NCBI GenBank assembly: GCA_963845755.1
Contig: CAWJTV010000011.1
Span: 256,001 to 320,000, forward strand
Direction: 5' to 3'
Source of the DNA: an uncultured Planctomycetota bacterium
GTDB lineage: Bacteria; Planctomycetota; Planctomycetia; Isosphaerales; Isosphaeraceae
DNA: 64,000 nt
Program-made: the position numbers and the translations under genes
Notes under the pieces: model-generated
Seen by the model: the letters and a program-made list of their open reading frames with translations, nothing else
Databases searched by the model: none
What the model was told of the DNA's origin: nothing
In this document: one piece after another, positions 1-11,945 of the stretch
Position numbering within the stretch: the first letter of the stretch is position 1
Layout: each line of letters begins with the position of its first letter

Positions 1-1214
1 CGTGCCGGGCGATCGTCCGCCGGGCCTCCTCGGCCTGTCCGTGGAGCTCGGCGAATTGCTGACCGAGCCGGCGGATGATCACCGGCTCATCGGCGCGGAG
101 CCGGAGCGTCTCGGCCTCGTCCAGATCGATCGGCCGGCCCAGGTCGCGGAGCAGGCGCCGCGCCTCATGTTCGGCGTCTCGCAGGAAGATCTCCAGGCGC
201 TGCGCGCGGTCCTCGTTCGCCTTCTCCACCGCGCCGAGCCGCTCCCGGAGCGAGCCGATCTCGTCCGCGGCGTCGAGCAGCACCTGGGGCGGGTCGAGCT
301 GGGTGAGCTGGGCGTCGAGCTCGGCGATGGCGGCGCGGGCCTGGTCGATCGTCTGCTCGGCGAGCCGGAGCTGGTCCTGCGCCTGGCGGAATTCGGACCC
401 GAAGTCATCGCGGAGGCGGATCGCGTCGCCCAGCTCTTCCCGAGCCTGGAGGAGCCGGCGCCGCCGTGCCACGATCGGGATCCCCGACTTGATCCGCTTC
501 AGCCGCCCTTGCTCACCACGCGCCGCGCGGATCTGGGTACGGAGTCGCTCCGACTCCTCCAGCGCCTCGTGGTGGGCGCGATCGTGTTGCTGCCACTCCT
601 CGCTCGGCAACTGGTGTTGCTTGAGCTCCTCCTGGGCGTCGCGGAATTCGGTCAGGCCCTTGTTGATCCGCGGGTGCTGGGCCCGGGGCTTGAACAGCTT
701 GTCCAACCCGCCCTGGAGCGTCTCTTGCGCCCGGCGCAATCCGGCGAGCCCGGCGCCGGCGGCGAAGAGCAGCTCGCCGAGCTGCCCCTGGCCGGTGCGG
801 ATCTCCTCACCGGCCCGCGTCAGCCGCTCGTGGTCGATGCCGAAGAGCGTCTTGAACGTATCTTCATTCAATCCGCCGAGAAATCGCGTCAGGCGCTCGT
901 CGGGGACGATCGCGGAATCATCGGGGCCGCGGAGCGTGTTCCGGTTGCCCTTCCGGCGCACGAATTCGAGCCGGTCGCCGTCGCTGTGCCGTAGGGTCCC
1001 CCCAATCCGGAGCTGGTCGTAGGGATGAACGAAACTGTCGGCCGACACGTGCGGGAAGCCGAACAGCAGGTGTGACAAGGCGCGCAGCGTCGAGGTCTTG
1101 CCCGCCTCGTTCGGACCATAGACCAGGTGCAGCCCGTGCTCGCCCTCGGAGAAATCCAGCAGCGAGGTCGGTGAAGGGGCCCACGGCGATCAGATTCAAG
1201 CTGAGCAGTTTCAT
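1..1214 (-). CDS. yhaN: YhaN-like AAA/SMC-type ATPase (Rad50/SbcC-like), runs off the window start; frameshift near 1165
   Basis: N-terminus MKLLSLNLIAVGPFTD. After a 1-bp shift it reads LDFSEGEHGLHLVYGPNEAGKTSTLRAL (Walker A) ... LFGIDHERL, followed by coiled coil. Directly downstream of a YhaO-like nuclease. Confidence 0.85.
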
Positions 1215-1230
1215 GGATCATCACGTCTTG

Positions 1231-2518
1231 TCAAGTTGGGCCGCGACCGTTGGTGCCGTCCCCCTGGGACTTCAGCAGCAGGTCGAGGAGCAAGGGCTGG
1301 ACCTGTCCCAGCAGCGTTCCCAGCCATTCGGCGTCGCCCAGACGTGGACTGTCGGGGTCGTGGATCAGCTCGGAGGGCAGCTTCCGCTTGAGGTCGGCCA
1401 GGTCATCGGTGAACGCGCCGCAGCGCGCCGGGATCGTTGCGGAGTTGTTCCAGGACGTCGAGCAGCTCCTCGATGGGCCCGTCCGGGAGGAGCACGGCGC
1501 TCGGCCGCCGGGTCTGAAACTCGACCCGTTCGATCCAGAGCCGGTCGCCGCCCCGTTCGGTGGCGAGGCCGCGGATCTCGGCCACGAACCGCTCCGGATC
1601 GGCGTGCAGACGGTCGTGCAAGGCGGTGGCGCCGGTGAAGATCATGCGGACGGCCAGCAGGCGATCGGGATCGGACTCGGTCTCGAGCAGGCGATCGAAC
1701 TCCTCGGCCGCGCGGTTGGGAAAATCCGACTCGCTGTCCAGCTCAGAGAGCTCGACGCGGCCCCGTTCCCAGCGGACCTGATCCAGCCGGTGGAAGACCG
1801 GCTCGAAGCTCCGGTCCGAATTGACGGTCACGATCAGGCACCCTTTCGGGCCGGCCTCGCGGATGTGCCGGCCTTGCACGTTGCCGGCGAAGACGACCGG
1901 CGGGTCCTGGCAGAGGACCTCTCGGGCGTGGATGTGACCCAGGGCCCAGTAGTCGTAACCCCGGAGCCGAAGTTCCTCCAGCGAGCAGGGGGCGTACCGT
2001 TCGTGACCGTCCACGCCGCCGAGACCGGTATGCAGCAGGCCGATGTTGACGCAGCCGCCAACGGCCGCCGGATAGGCGGCGGCCAGGTTCTCCGTCACGG
2101 CGGCCTTCGCAAAGCTCTGCCCGTGGATCGCCACGTCCTGTTCGGGCAGGACGAACGTCTCGGGACGATCGTGGGCCAGGAGCCGGACGTTCTCCGGCAA
2201 CGTCAGGATTCGGGTCATCTTGTTGGCGGCGTCGTGGTTGCCGGCGATGAGGACCACGGGAATCTTCTCGTCCCGCAGGCGGTTGAGCTCCTTGATCAGG
2301 TAGAGGCCCGTGCTGTAATCGCGCCAATCGCCATCGTAGAGGTCGCCGGCAATCAGAACGAAATCGACACGCTTCTCGATGGCCAGGTCGATCAGCCGCG
2401 TGAAGGCGCGCCGGGTCGCCTTGCGGATCCGCTCCACCGGGGCGTTCTCGTACCGCTCCAGTCCCTTCAGTGGACTGTCCAGATGAATATCGGCCGCGTG
2501 GAGAAACGTGATAGCCAT
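1231..2518 (-). CDS. yhaO: YhaO-like metallophosphoesterase / DNA repair exonuclease (Mre11/SbcD-like); frameshift near 1410
   Basis: Motifs HAADIHLDSP, AGDLYD, AGNHD, LLHT and ALGHIH. The C-terminus continues in another frame (LADLKRKLP...GPT*) to a stop at 1231. Confidence 0.88.
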
Positions 2519-3436
2519 CAGTGAATATTGTTGCTGAATAACGGTGGAGTGCCGGGCGAGATCGCAACCAGGATGGGAGTCAAGCCGACCCGGATTCATT
2601 GTAAGATTGGAGGGCTAACCCATACAATCGACACATCCGGCATAATCGTGGCTTCGTTTGTCGATAAATGGATCAACGACCGGGAGAAGGCAGATGCACG
2701 AGAGTCCTCGGCGATCCCCACGACGTCGGAGGTGGGACCGCCGGCTGGCGGCGCGGATCGTGACACAAAGTGGCACAAACTGCCATGAATTGGGAAGGTC
2801 CCCATCCCCGATCTCGTTGGCCGGAAGCGAGTTCGGGACGACCGCCGGCCGAGTCGGTACGCTCGGCTCTGGCGACCGGCCGCCGGCCGAGGGCGACGGG
2901 TTCCGGTATCCTCTGACATCGCTTGATGGCGCCTCGGATGCGGCGGGAAAGTGATCGTTGCAGGTCCTCATACTATTAGGATGCCGCAACTTTGGAATTT
3001 CGTTAATGCACCTATGCCCAACGTGACGGTTTTTCGCTCCCGAACTCTCAACAGGAGTGGGAGATCCAGAATTTTTCAAAAAAATTCGGGCTGTGGATTG
3101 CGCGGAGCCATCGGCCTGGCGAGGGGGCCTTTGCCGTCACAGCGCGGCCGATCCACACAAGCGGCGTAACCCATAAAGCCGTAGTCCGTTTGCGCCGGGC
3201 TGGACGGGCGCCCTCGCCGCGAGGAAGCGCGGATCAACCCATGCGATATCCTGCTCCTCGCTGTCTCGTGCGGCTCTCAGTTCGAGGTCGCTGTGGGAGC
3301 GGGGGTCGGATCCTACCGATGAAGACGGATCCCCCGGCGACACTCAACGAGCGGGCGGGGCCGGGAATTTGGTAGGATGGCCGTGGGGAAACCCGGTCGC
3401 GTTCCCAGCAGCCCGGCTTTCCGAGGAGGAGACACC

Positions 3437-3748
3437 ATGGCTGTCGATCAGATGATCCAGAAGGTCCAGGACGCCTTGAAGCTCAACACGTTGAAACCGA
3501 AGCTGCCGCCGAATCCCAAGGTCGTCAACATCCGCGTCGAGGACTACGTCGACTCGGACGGGGAGGATGCGCTGCGGGTGAGGATCGTCATCGACGAGGA
3601 TGTGGACGTCGAGAATGTGAGCGGTCAGGAAATCACCGACCTGAAGAGCGCCGTTCGCCGGCGGATTCGGGAGTTGGGAGTCGAGCTCTGGCCTTACATC
3701 CAGATTGCGAAGCCGAGCGAGCTCGAAGAGGACGACGACGAGGAGTGA
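3437..3748 (+). CDS. Small acidic protein, putative antitoxin / degenerate nucleotidyltransferase-like partner of the downstream HEPN protein
   Basis: GGAGGAG RBS before ATG 3437. 103 aa, with VEDYVDSDGEDALRVRIVID. Ends 3 bp before the HEPN-like gene. Confidence 0.55.
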   Translation: MAVDQMIQKVQDALKLNTLKPKLPPNPKVVNIRVEDYVDSDGEDALRVRIVIDEDVDVENVSGQEITDLKSAVRRRIRELGVELWPYIQIAKPSELEEDDDEE

Positions 3749-3751
3749 ACC

Positions 3752-4261
3752 GTGCACGACCTCCTGGAACAGGCCGTGCGGCTGGCAAAGCTCGATGTCA
3801 AGAAACCGAAGCAGGCCAACCTACGTCGTGCGATCTCGTCGGCCTATTACGCCCTTTTCCATATGCTGGTCGACGAGGCGTGCCGAGTCCAGGTCGGGGC
3901 GCAGCATAACCAGGCGCCGTACCGTCGGGTCCTGGGGCGGGCCTTCGCCCACAGTGTCATGAAGGAGGCCTGCAAATCGTTCGGCGGTGGGACACTCAAG
4001 AAAGGCGTCGCGAAGGGGCTGCCAGGGGGCTTCGCGATCCCCGCGGAAATCCGGGAACTGGCCGAGACGTTTGTCGATCTTCAAGAATGGCGCCACCTCG
4101 CGGACTACGACCTGACGGAACGATTCAAGCGATCGGATGTGCTGTCCTTGATCAACGAGGTAGAGTGGCGAATCCGGGCCTTCGGGCATCTGGCATCCTC
4201 CAACGAGAAACACTTCTTCCTGGCGTGCCTCTGGGCGTGGAAGGAGCTGGCGAATCGCTGA
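3752..4261 (+). CDS. HEPN domain protein
   Basis: RRAISSAYYALFH and LQEWRHLADYD motifs, typical of HEPN (DUF86/UPF0332-like) proteins. Confidence 0.75.
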   Translation: MHDLLEQAVRLAKLDVKKPKQANLRRAISSAYYALFHMLVDEACRVQVGAQHNQAPYRRVLGRAFAHSVMKEACKSFGGGTLKKGVAKGLPGGFAIPAEIRELAETFVDLQEWRHLADYDLTERFKRSDVLSLINEVEWRIRAFGHLASSNEKHFFLACLWAWKELANR

Positions 4262-4324
4262 ATCTCCCTCGGAACGCGGGCGATCAGGACCATCCTCAAT
4301 TAATTCCTGGACGCGATCGCTTCC

Positions 4325-4510
4325 CGCCGCCTTGCGCCGAGCCTCAAGCGCCTCCGCTGGCTTCCCCGTCTGCGACTGCAAACCGCCTATGCTGTTGTGA
4401 GTACGGGCCAGGAAAGCCTGGAAGTCGGTGACGGCGGGGTTGGCGCCAACCAGCTTCTGCTGGAAGGCAAGCCCCTCTTGGAACGCCTGCAGCGCCTCCT
4501 CGGGTCTCCG
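4325..4510 (-). pseudogene. Remnant of a TPR repeat of the type found in planctomycete Ser/Thr kinases
   Basis: Minus-strand translation PEEALQAFQEGLAFQQKLVGANPAVTDFQAFLARTHNSIGGLQSQTGKPAEALEARRKA, with no credible start or stop context. Confidence 0.55.
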
Positions 4511-4652
4511 AGCCAGGGACTGGATACCAACCCGGCGCCGCGTGAAAATGTGCGGGGGAGCCGCCCGCATTTCGACTACCGGCGGGACACCCTCCCCTTT
4601 CGTTTCCTCATCGAAAGCGGTGGTCCGTCGCGGCGATCCGGGAGACTTTGCC

Positions 4653-6201
4653 ATGACGATGTCTTGCAGCCTGGCGACACTGGCCCTGCTTACCCTCGTC
4701 GCCCAGACGAGGCCTCCTGAGGAGCGCAGGCACGCTCCACCTGCGGATCGTCGAGCCGGGAGCGGACGGGCGTCTCGTCCCGGTCCCCGCCCGGGTTCAC
4801 CTGGCGGATGGGAAGGGTCAGCCCATCCTCGCGCCGGGGCTACCCGCGTTCCATGATCACTTCAACTGTGCAGGCGAAGCCCGCCTGGATCTGCTCCCCG
4901 GGCGCTATCACTACACGGTCGAACGCGGTCCGGAGTACCGGCGAGCTTCCGGACGAGTCGAGATCGTCGCGGGCGGGGTTCGGCAGCAGGAGATCGTCCT
5001 CAGACGTCTGATCGATCTGGCCGCTCGGGGCTGGTACTCGGGCGAGACGCACGTGCATCGGCCACCCGAGGACATGGCGCTGCTCCTGCGATCCGAGGAC
5101 CTGCATGTCGCCCCGGTCCTCACCGTCTGGAATCGCACCAACCTCTGGAAAGGCCGGCCCCTGCCGGATCGACTCCTGGTCGAGGTCGAGCCGACGCGCG
5201 ATTACCACATGCTGGCCTGCGAAGACGAGCGCCAGGGGGGTGCTCTGCTGTACTTCAACCTGAGGCGCCCGCTCGACCTCTCCGGCGACGGCCCCGAATT
5301 CCCCTCGCCGGTGACCCATCTCCGCGAGGTCCTCGAGCAGGAAGGGGCCTGGGGCGACATCGAGAAGCCGTTCTGGTGGGACGTGCCGACGTGGGTCGCG
5401 ACCGGTAAGGTCCGCACACTCGGCATTGCGAATAACCACATGTGCCGTTCAAAAATGTATGAGGACGAGGCCTGGGGCAGGCCCCGGGATCTTCGGCGGT
5501 TCCCGCCGCCTCGGGGCAATGGCTTCTACTCGCAGGATCTCTACTACCGGCTGCTCAACTGCGGGCTCCGGATTCCCCCATCGGCCGGCTCGGCCTCGGG
5601 AGTGTTGCCCAACCCGGTCGGTTACAACCGAGTGTATGTCCACCTGGACGGCCCGTTTTCCTACGACGCGTGGTGGAACGGCCTGGGCCGCGGCCGGTCG
5701 TTCGTGACCAACGGCCCGATCCTCCTGGTCCGGGCCAATGGCGAAGATCCCGGCCACGTCTTCCGGGCTCCGACCGGCGAGAAGGCGACCGTCGCTCTCG
5801 ATGTGCAGGTCGCCGGAGATGATCCCCTGGAGGCGGTTGAGGTGATCCGCGACGGCGTGGTCGTCGAGCGACTGGAGGGTCGGTCGCTCGGCGAACGGCC
5901 CACCCTGAAGCCCCTGGTCTTTGAGAGGAGCGGTTGGTTCCTCGTGCGGGCGATCGCGGCGGTCCCCGAGACCTTCCGCTTCGCCAGCACGGCGCCGTTC
6001 TTTGTGGAGATCGGCGACCATCGCCGCGTGATTCACCGAGGCGACGCCTCGTTCTTCATCCGTTGGATCGACGACCGGATCGCCGCCCTGGAGGCGGATC
6101 GCCAGGGGCACTTGCGCGATCCCGCGCAGAAGGCGATGGTCCTGGGGCCGCACCGCGAGGCGCGCCGGTTCTTCCAGGGGCTGCTCCGCGATGCCGATTG
6201 A
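4653..6201 (+). CDS. Secreted CehA/McbA-like PHP-fold metallohydrolase; frameshift near 4725
   Basis: Signal-like N-terminus, then VERGPEY, GWYSGETHVHR, YYRLLNCG, GSASGV, GYNRVYV and GRSFVTNGP motifs. Confidence 0.75.
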
Positions 6202-6209
6202 CGCGTGCG

Positions 6210-6448
6210 TTAGGGCGCCTCACAGTTGGGTGGCGCACACTCGAAGCCTGCTCCCGAAGAACCCCCCCGAACCCCCCCTTCGCAAGGAGGGGATATTTGA
6301 TCGGGAAAAGCCCATTTCCTGTCCCCCCCTTGCGAAGGGGGGGTTCGGGGGGGGTGAGTTCGCAGCGCCTCACGGCGTGCGCAATGCAAAAGTTGAGCGT
6401 TCGAGAGCGCCTCACAGCGTGCGCAACTCAACGGGTGGTTTGTCAAGA
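6210..6448. repeat. REP-like palindromic cassette between convergent genes
   Basis: CCCCCCGAACCCCCCCTTCGCAAGG (~6262) is inverted to CCTTGCGAAGGGGGGGTTCGGGGGG (~6328). GCGCCTCAC(A/G)G occurs three times. The left end resembles the end of the 11946 element. Confidence 0.7.
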
Positions 6449-6465
6449 AACCCCGAGATCCGCCG

Positions 6466-7503
6466 TCATAAATCGATGTCGAGTGGGGCAGATCGCCCGG
6501 ACGCGGCGAGGATCCGGTTGTGGATGACGAACAGGGGACGGTCGTAGATGTCCGCGATCACGATGCTGGCTCCCTTGACGCGGAGCTGGATGCCTGGGAT
6601 CGCGCTCGGGGACCCGAAAAGGACGCCGCTGGGCCTGGCGAGGAAGCGGATTTCCAATAGCTCCGGCCAGCGCACTTCGCCCTGGACGTCGCCCTGGATC
6701 ATCGCCATCCCGTGGGGCCCGATGACCAGGCTGGCGTCCTTCCCGTTCTTGAACGCCGGACCGGCCGGCATCCCCTCCCCGAAGCTGACCACGCCAAGGA
6801 GCGCCCCGGCCACGATCCCGATGAACCCGGCCAGGCCCCACGCGGTCTCGCCGATTCCCGAGAAGGCGTAGGCCGACCAGGCCGCCCCCGCCAGGATCAG
6901 GCCGATGCAAGACGCCCGGTAACCGCGCCGCGAGCCGGTCAGCCGGCGGCTTGCCGCGCGGAAGGTCGCCACGCTGTGCGGGCCGAAGTACTGCTCTTGA
7001 CGTTCCAGGTAGTCGGCCAGGACCGGGTTCACGTCGCGCCCGCCACAATCGGGAACGCGCTCGGCCAGGAACCGGAATACGTCGTGGGATGAGAAATTCA
7101 AGTGCGCGGGGATGTGAAACCGCCCCCTCTCGTGCAGCACCGCGATGCCGCAGGACGCCTTGTCGAATGTCGCCGGGTCGGCCACGCGGCCGCCGACCTT
7201 GATGTTCTGGATGCTGACGTAAGGGACCAGGACCGGGTTCTCCGCACTTTCGATCAGCAGCCCGTCTTCGCGGCATGTCGCGGTGAAATGCGGCTCCTCC
7301 CCGAGGAGCCACAACGATCCCGCGAGCACGAAGGGGAGCACGGCCGCGGCGAAGAGCCCGGGGATCCCGTACATCCCGCCGGCGGCCACAAGACCCAGGC
7401 CCACAGCCAGGAGCAAGAGCGCCACGCGGGAAGACCGCGGTGCGATTCGAGCCGTTCCCCGATCATCCCAGCAGTTCCTCGGCAAGCTTGGGTTTCTGCG
7501 CAT
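6466..7503 (-). CDS. Hypothetical membrane protein (two TM hairpins)
   Basis: 345-aa ORF with two pairs of hydrophobic helices. It overlaps the upstream membrane gene; start uncertain. Confidence 0.65.
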   Translation of the reverse strand: MRRNPSLPRNCWDDRGTARIAPRSSRVALLLLAVGLGLVAAGGMYGIPGLFAAAVLPFVLAGSLWLLGEEPHFTATCREDGLLIESAENPVLVPYVSIQNIKVGGRVADPATFDKASCGIAVLHERGRFHIPAHLNFSSHDVFRFLAERVPDCGGRDVNPVLADYLERQEQYFGPHSVATFRAASRRLTGSRRGYRASCIGLILAGAAWSAYAFSGIGETAWGLAGFIGIVAGALLGVVSFGEGMPAGPAFKNGKDASLVIGPHGMAMIQGDVQGEVRWPELLEIRFLARPSGVLFGSPSAIPGIQLRVKGASIVIADIYDRPLFVIHNRILAASGRSAPLDIDL

Positions 7504-7987
7504 GGGCCCGGAAGGCTAGCGCCGCCTGGATCGCGCGGAACAGGGCGTAGATGATGATGATCTTCACGATGAACCCCCGGGCCAGCGTATCGGAATCCAG
7601 GAGGCCGGAGGCCACCATGGCCAGGATGTAGAGGATCAGGCTCGTGATCGTGATCAGGACCGGGAATTTCTTGATGATCACGCCGAAGACCACGAACAGG
7701 AGGCCCAAGATCGCCGCCGAGCCGTACTGCACGTAACCGGAGATCATGATCGCGTGCCGGAATTCCTCGACCTCGGCCGGCGCGATCTGCTCCTGCTGGA
7801 TCATCTGCTCGATCTGACCCGGGATACTCCAGAGGCCAAGAGTGTTCACGACCAGCGTCAACGCGCCGATGACGATCAGGATGACCCGAGCCCGATTGAG
7901 CTCCTTGCCTCTGGCCGACTGGGCCAGGCTGCCGAGCGGCTTCAGATTTTCGACGGCAGGGGGCACGTTCGGGTCGTTCGCTTCCAC
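7463..7987 (-). CDS. Hypothetical membrane protein (about 4 TM)
   Basis: GAGGAG RBS before a GTG start; four hydrophobic segments. Confidence 0.7.
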   Translation of the reverse strand: MEANDPNVPPAVENLKPLGSLAQSARGKELNRARVILIVIGALTLVVNTLGLWSIPGQIEQMIQQEQIAPAEVEEFRHAIMISGYVQYGSAAILGLLFVVFGVIIKKFPVLITITSLILYILAMVASGLLDSDTLARGFIVKIIIIYALFRAIQAALAFRAHAQKPKLAEELLG

Positions 7988-8071
7988 GACTCAACTCCTC
8001 GATGCCAGGCGGTTCTCGAAGTCTACTGGCAAGTGCTGTCGTTGGCTCGGCTGAGAGCACTCCATCGCTGA

Positions 8072-8191
8072 GCGTCTGTTCCGGAATGGCGAGCGGGGGG
8101 CATCAGCCCCTTGTCTTCGAGGACCGTCGCTCACCGGACAGGGGGCTGACGCCCCCCGCTCGCCAGGACCTGCCCCTTCGGGTACAGACTC
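8072..8191. mobile_element. 120-bp MITE/REP-like element (empty copy)
   Basis: Imperfect terminal inverted repeats G(C)GTCTGTTCCGGAA ... TTCGGGTACAGACTC, flanked by TGA on both sides (8069-8071, 8192-8194). Internal hairpin GGCGAGCGGGGGGCATCAGCCCC...GGGGCTGACGCCCCCCGCTCGCC. A second copy is at 24256-25766. Confidence 0.8.
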
Positions 8192-8336
8192 TGAGCGTCC
8201 TTTTGTACCGGACCGGGGCCCTCATTGTCACCTCCATCCTCTCGAGCCGATCCGGTGGGCTTCGCCTCGATCGATCGCGGCTCGGCCCACCCGACTACGA
8301 CTCCGACTCGAGGGCTCGGGGCACCCGGCATCGCGC

Positions 8337-11300
8337 TCACGAGGGCGTGATGCCCCCGCCTTTGGAGATCGCGAACACGGTGGTTCCTCCCAGCGCACCG
8401 CCCGAAGCGCCGGTCACTCCGCCGAGGACCGTGATCTGGCCGCCGGTCTTGAACGTTTCCTTGCCCACGAACACGATCGTCACCGCGTTCTCGCTGTACG
8501 AGACGCTGAAGTTCATGATCGGCTGAAGGATGTGCTCGACCTTCTTCCTGGCCTTCTTGCTGGTCACCGCATCGACCTGATAATTGGCCGGATTCGACGC
8601 GCTCGCCGGATTGAGCGGGCCGCTGAATTCGAACGTGTATCCGACCAGCATCGGCTTGCCGACGGGCTTGCCCTTCTTGTTGGTCTTGCGCAGGAACGAC
8701 GCCTGCTCGCCGACGATCACCGGTGCGATCGGCGTCGGGATGGGCGTTGATGTGGGCGTCGGGGTCGGGGTGGGGGTGGGTGTCGGTGTAGGCGTCGGAG
8801 ACGGGGTTGGAGTTGGGGTCGGTGTAGGCGTTGGGGTTGGGGTTGGCGTCGGAGTTGGAGTGGGGGTGGGCGTTGGCGATTGAGTCACGTTGACGGAGCC
8901 TGTGGTGGTCGTCACGGACGGCAGCGCCGTGCTGGTGACGAGCACGGTATAGCCGTCGCCGGCTTGATTGATCGACAGGCCGGAGAAGGTGGCGACGCCG
9001 TCGACGGCCGTCGCGTGGAGCGTGCCACTGAGCGTGCCACCTCCCGGATGATTTCCCAGGTCCAGTGTGACGGGGCCGTTGAAGGTCGTGTCCACCTGAC
9101 CGTCGGGGTCTTCGGCAGCGACGGTCAGGTCGAAATCGGCGCCGGGGGCAAGCGACTGGGTCGGCTGGGCCGTCACTACCAGTTGGTCGGTGATCCAGCC
9201 GATGTCGTTCAATCCCGCCCAGTCCAGGGGCGTGACGACTCCACTCCCCGTGTCCGGGGTCATGAGCGCGACCTCACCGTCGGAGACGGTCCCGACGGCC
9301 CAGTGAGTGTCGGGATGTCCCAGCTCGACGCCGGTGCCGGTGTCCAGCGGCACGGGACCGCCGTAGGAGGCCTCGGCATGGGGCCCCGTAAACACGTTGG
9401 TCGTGGTATTGGCATACGTGAACCAGGAGTCCGCCGTGCCGATGCCGAGAACGTGGCCCAGCTCGTGGAGGCACACCGCCAGGAAATTGGAGCCGGGCGC
9501 ACCGGAGAAGTCCCAGGCATCACCCGTATTGAAGGTGACCGAGCCGCCCCAGGGACCGAAGCCGGTCGCGGGATCGGCCAGGGCCCCGGCCTGTCCGCGC
9601 GACGCCAGCAGGTCTTGCCAGGAGGTCGAGCCGCTCTCCGAATACCCGCCGGGCCCGCCGAGGCCGCCGTAATTCCCCGTGGATCCTCCCACATAGACGA
9701 TGAGCGTATTGGCGGGCACATCCAGATTCGTGATGTCGATCTCTTGACCGGTATCGCTGGGGTTGAAGGTGGTCGCGGTCCAGGTGTCGCCGGCGCCCGG
9801 GTCGGGCGCGATCGCGGCCAGGCTGCTGTGGAGCTGGCTGCCGAGGATCTGGCCGGCCTCTTGCAGCACGGTCATGGCCTGGGGATTGGCGGAGAAGAAG
9901 CCCGAAGTGTCGTACGAATCGTCGAATTCGATGGTAATCGATGAGGCGGTGCTCACGGTCACGTTGACGGGATTCGTCGTGGTCGGTGTCAGGCCGACGG
10001 CGCCGGCCTGGAGCGTGTAGCCGTCGCCGACCTGGGCGAGGATCGGACCGGGGAATGTGGCGACGCCGGCGACGGCCGCCGACGTGTCGTCCCCGCCGAG
10101 CGTGCCGCCTGCGGGATGGGCGCCGATCGTCAGCGTCACGCTGCCGGCGAAGCTCGGATCGACATTCCCGAACGGGTCCTCGGCCGAGACGACGACGGTG
10201 AAGGGGTTGCCGGCCAGCACGTCGGAAGGCGGCTCGGTCGTCACCACCAACTGGGTGGCCGGATCCGCGGTGACGGTGAACGCCGAGGTTGTTCCGGAGA
10301 CCAGGTTGGTCGCGCCGGCTTCGATCGTGTACCCAGCCCCGGCCGTATCCAGGGTCAAGCCGGTGAAGGAGGCCACGCCGTCAACGGCCGTCTGGGAACG
10401 CGTCCCGCCGAGTGCGCCGCTTCCGGGATTCGTCCCCAGTGTCAGCGTCACCATACTGTTGAAGCTCGGGTCGGAGTTGCCGAACCCGTCCTCGGCGGTG
10501 ACGGTCAGCCCGAAGTCGGCGCCGGCGGCCACGCTTGACGCCGGCGGCGACGTCACCACGAGCTGCGTCGCCCGGTCGAGAGGCGTGATGTCGAACGAGC
10601 CGGTCGTGGTCGTGATGGAGGATAAGGCGCTGCTGCCGGCCTGGAGCGTATAGCCGTCGCCGACCTGGTTGATCGACAGGCCGGAGAAGGTGGCAACGCC
10701 GGCGGCGGCCGTCGTGTTGGGCGTGCCACCGAGCGTGCCGCTTCCGGGATGATTCTCCAGGGCCAGCGTGATGGGGCCGTTGAAGAGCGTGTCGACCTGG
10801 CCGTCCGGATCCTCGGCGGTGACGGTCAACCCGAAGCCGGCGCCGACGGTGACCAACGCCGGCGGCTGGTCCGTCACCACCAGTTGGTCGGTGGTCCAGC
10901 CGACGTCGTCCAGTCCCGCCCAGTCCAGCGGGGTGAAGGACTTCTGCTGGCCGAGGCTCAGCAACCCGTCCATCATTGGCTCGGCGCCATCGGATTGAAG
11001 ACCTTCGGCCCAGTAAGAGCCACCGGCGCCGAGCGGCACCGGACCGCCATAAGAGGCTTCCGCATGGGCTCCCGTGAAGACCTGGCTCGATGCGTTCACA
11101 TCGGCGTTCCAGGACGCGGCGGTCCCGATCCCCAGAATTGTGCCCATGGCCTGAAGGGCCGCCGTCAGGAAATCGTACTGACTGGCGCCGGGAGGGTCGG
11201 ATGTCCCGCCGAAACTCCAATCGGGGCTCGTGCCGAACGCGATCGCGGCGCTGGTGGGCGCCGAGCCGGCCAGGCCGCCGGTCTGGCCGCGCGAGGAAAT

Positions 11301-11747
11301 CGCGTCGAGCCATGAGTTCGACCCGCTGTCGCTGTATCCCGCCAGGTAAGACTGGTACAAACTCGTGGTCGAACTGCCACCCACGTAGACGATGATGGTG
11401 TCGGCGGGGATGCTCGGGTTGGTCAGATTGATGCTGGTGTTCGGATCGCTCGGATTGGGGATGGTCTGCGACCAGGTATTGCCCCCGCCCGGGGTGATCG
11501 CGGCCAGGCTGTTCTCGAGCTGGCCGCCGAGGATCTGTCCGGCCTCTTGCAGCACGGTCATCGCCTGGGGGTTCGCCGTGAAGAAGCCCGACGTGTCATA
11601 AGAGTCGTTGAAGTCGATCGCGATTCCGCCGTGCAACAACCGGCGCGGCTCCATGGCCTCGAAGCCGGGGCGGTGTCGAGAACCAGCCCGTTTTGATCCG
11701 CGCCATGATGCCGCTCGGCGACACCTGGCCCGCTGACGTTGACCCAT
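8337..11747 (-). CDS. Large secreted protein: two zincin-like metalloprotease domains (first degenerate), four Ig-like repeats, PT linker and C-terminal domain
   Basis: Arg-rich N-terminus with [19 protein letters not shown] motif at ~9453-9467. Repeats of QLVVT..P...F.LTV.AED..G.VD..F and a long (TP)n tract. Confidence 0.85.
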   Translation of the reverse strand: MGQRQRARCRRAASWRGSKRAGSRHRPGFEAMEPRRLLHGGIAIDFNDSYDTSGFFTANPQAMTVLQEAGQILGGQLENSLAAITPGGGNTWSQTIPNPSDPNTSINLTNPSIPADTIIVYVGGSSTTSLYQSYLAGYSDSGSNSWLDAISSRGQTGGLAGSAPTSAAIAFGTSPDWSFGGTSDPPGASQYDFLTAALQAMGTILGIGTAASWNADVNASSQVFTGAHAEASYGGPVPLGAGGSYWAEGLQSDGAEPMMDGLLSLGQQKSFTPLDWAGLDDVGWTTDQLVVTDQPPALVTVGAGFGLTVTAEDPDGQVDTLFNGPITLALENHPGSGTLGGTPNTTAAAGVATFSGLSINQVGDGYTLQAGSSALSSITTTTGSFDITPLDRATQLVVTSPPASSVAAGADFGLTVTAEDGFGNSDPSFNSMVTLTLGTNPGSGALGGTRSQTAVDGVASFTGLTLDTAGAGYTIEAGATNLVSGTTSAFTVTADPATQLVVTTEPPSDVLAGNPFTVVVSAEDPFGNVDPSFAGSVTLTIGAHPAGGTLGGDDTSAAVAGVATFPGPILAQVGDGYTLQAGAVGLTPTTTNPVNVTVSTASSITIEFDDSYDTSGFFSANPQAMTVLQEAGQILGSQLHSSLAAIAPDPGAGDTWTATTFNPSDTGQEIDITNLDVPANTLIVYVGGSTGNYGGLGGPGGYSESGSTSWQDLLASRGQAGALADPATGFGPWGGSVTFNTGDAWDFSGAPGSNFLAVCLHELGHVLGIGTADSWFTYANTTTNVFTGPHAEASYGGPVPLDTGTGVELGHPDTHWAVGTVSDGEVALMTPDTGSGVVTPLDWAGLNDIGWITDQLVVTAQPTQSLAPGADFDLTVAAEDPDGQVDTTFNGPVTLDLGNHPGGGTLSGTLHATAVDGVATFSGLSINQAGDGYTVLVTSTALPSVTTTTGSVNVTQSPTPTPTPTPTPTPTPTPTPTPTPTPSPTPTPTPTPTPTPTPTSTPIPTPIAPVIVGEQASFLRKTNKKGKPVGKPMLVGYTFEFSGPLNPASASNPANYQVDAVTSKKARKKVEHILQPIMNFSVSYSENAVTIVFVGKETFKTGGQITVLGGVTGASGGALGGTTVFAISKGGGITPS

Positions 11748-11945
11748 GCGTGTCGCCCCGCAATCGCAATTCGGTTGCCCTGTTGCCCACCTCCGGGCGT
11801 CCCTTCGGCGCATCGCGACCGAATTCTGGTCACAACCAAGCTTAGGTCAAACTTGCGCCGATTGCCGTCGGAACTGGCCGAGATGCTGTGCGGAAACTAC
11901 GGAGAGTGATCGGGACTGCCGCACCGGTGCCGAGACGATCCCTAG

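Noticed and set aside
2520..3430. Long intergenic region as an ncRNA or hidden gene
   Set aside because: No recognisable RNA motif, RBS-supported ORF or repeat. It is likely divergent promoter or degenerate sequence; an Rfam search would be needed.
8730..8880. (GV)n ORF on the + strand / microsatellite
   Set aside because: It is the antisense reading of the Pro-Thr linker of the minus-strand secreted protein.
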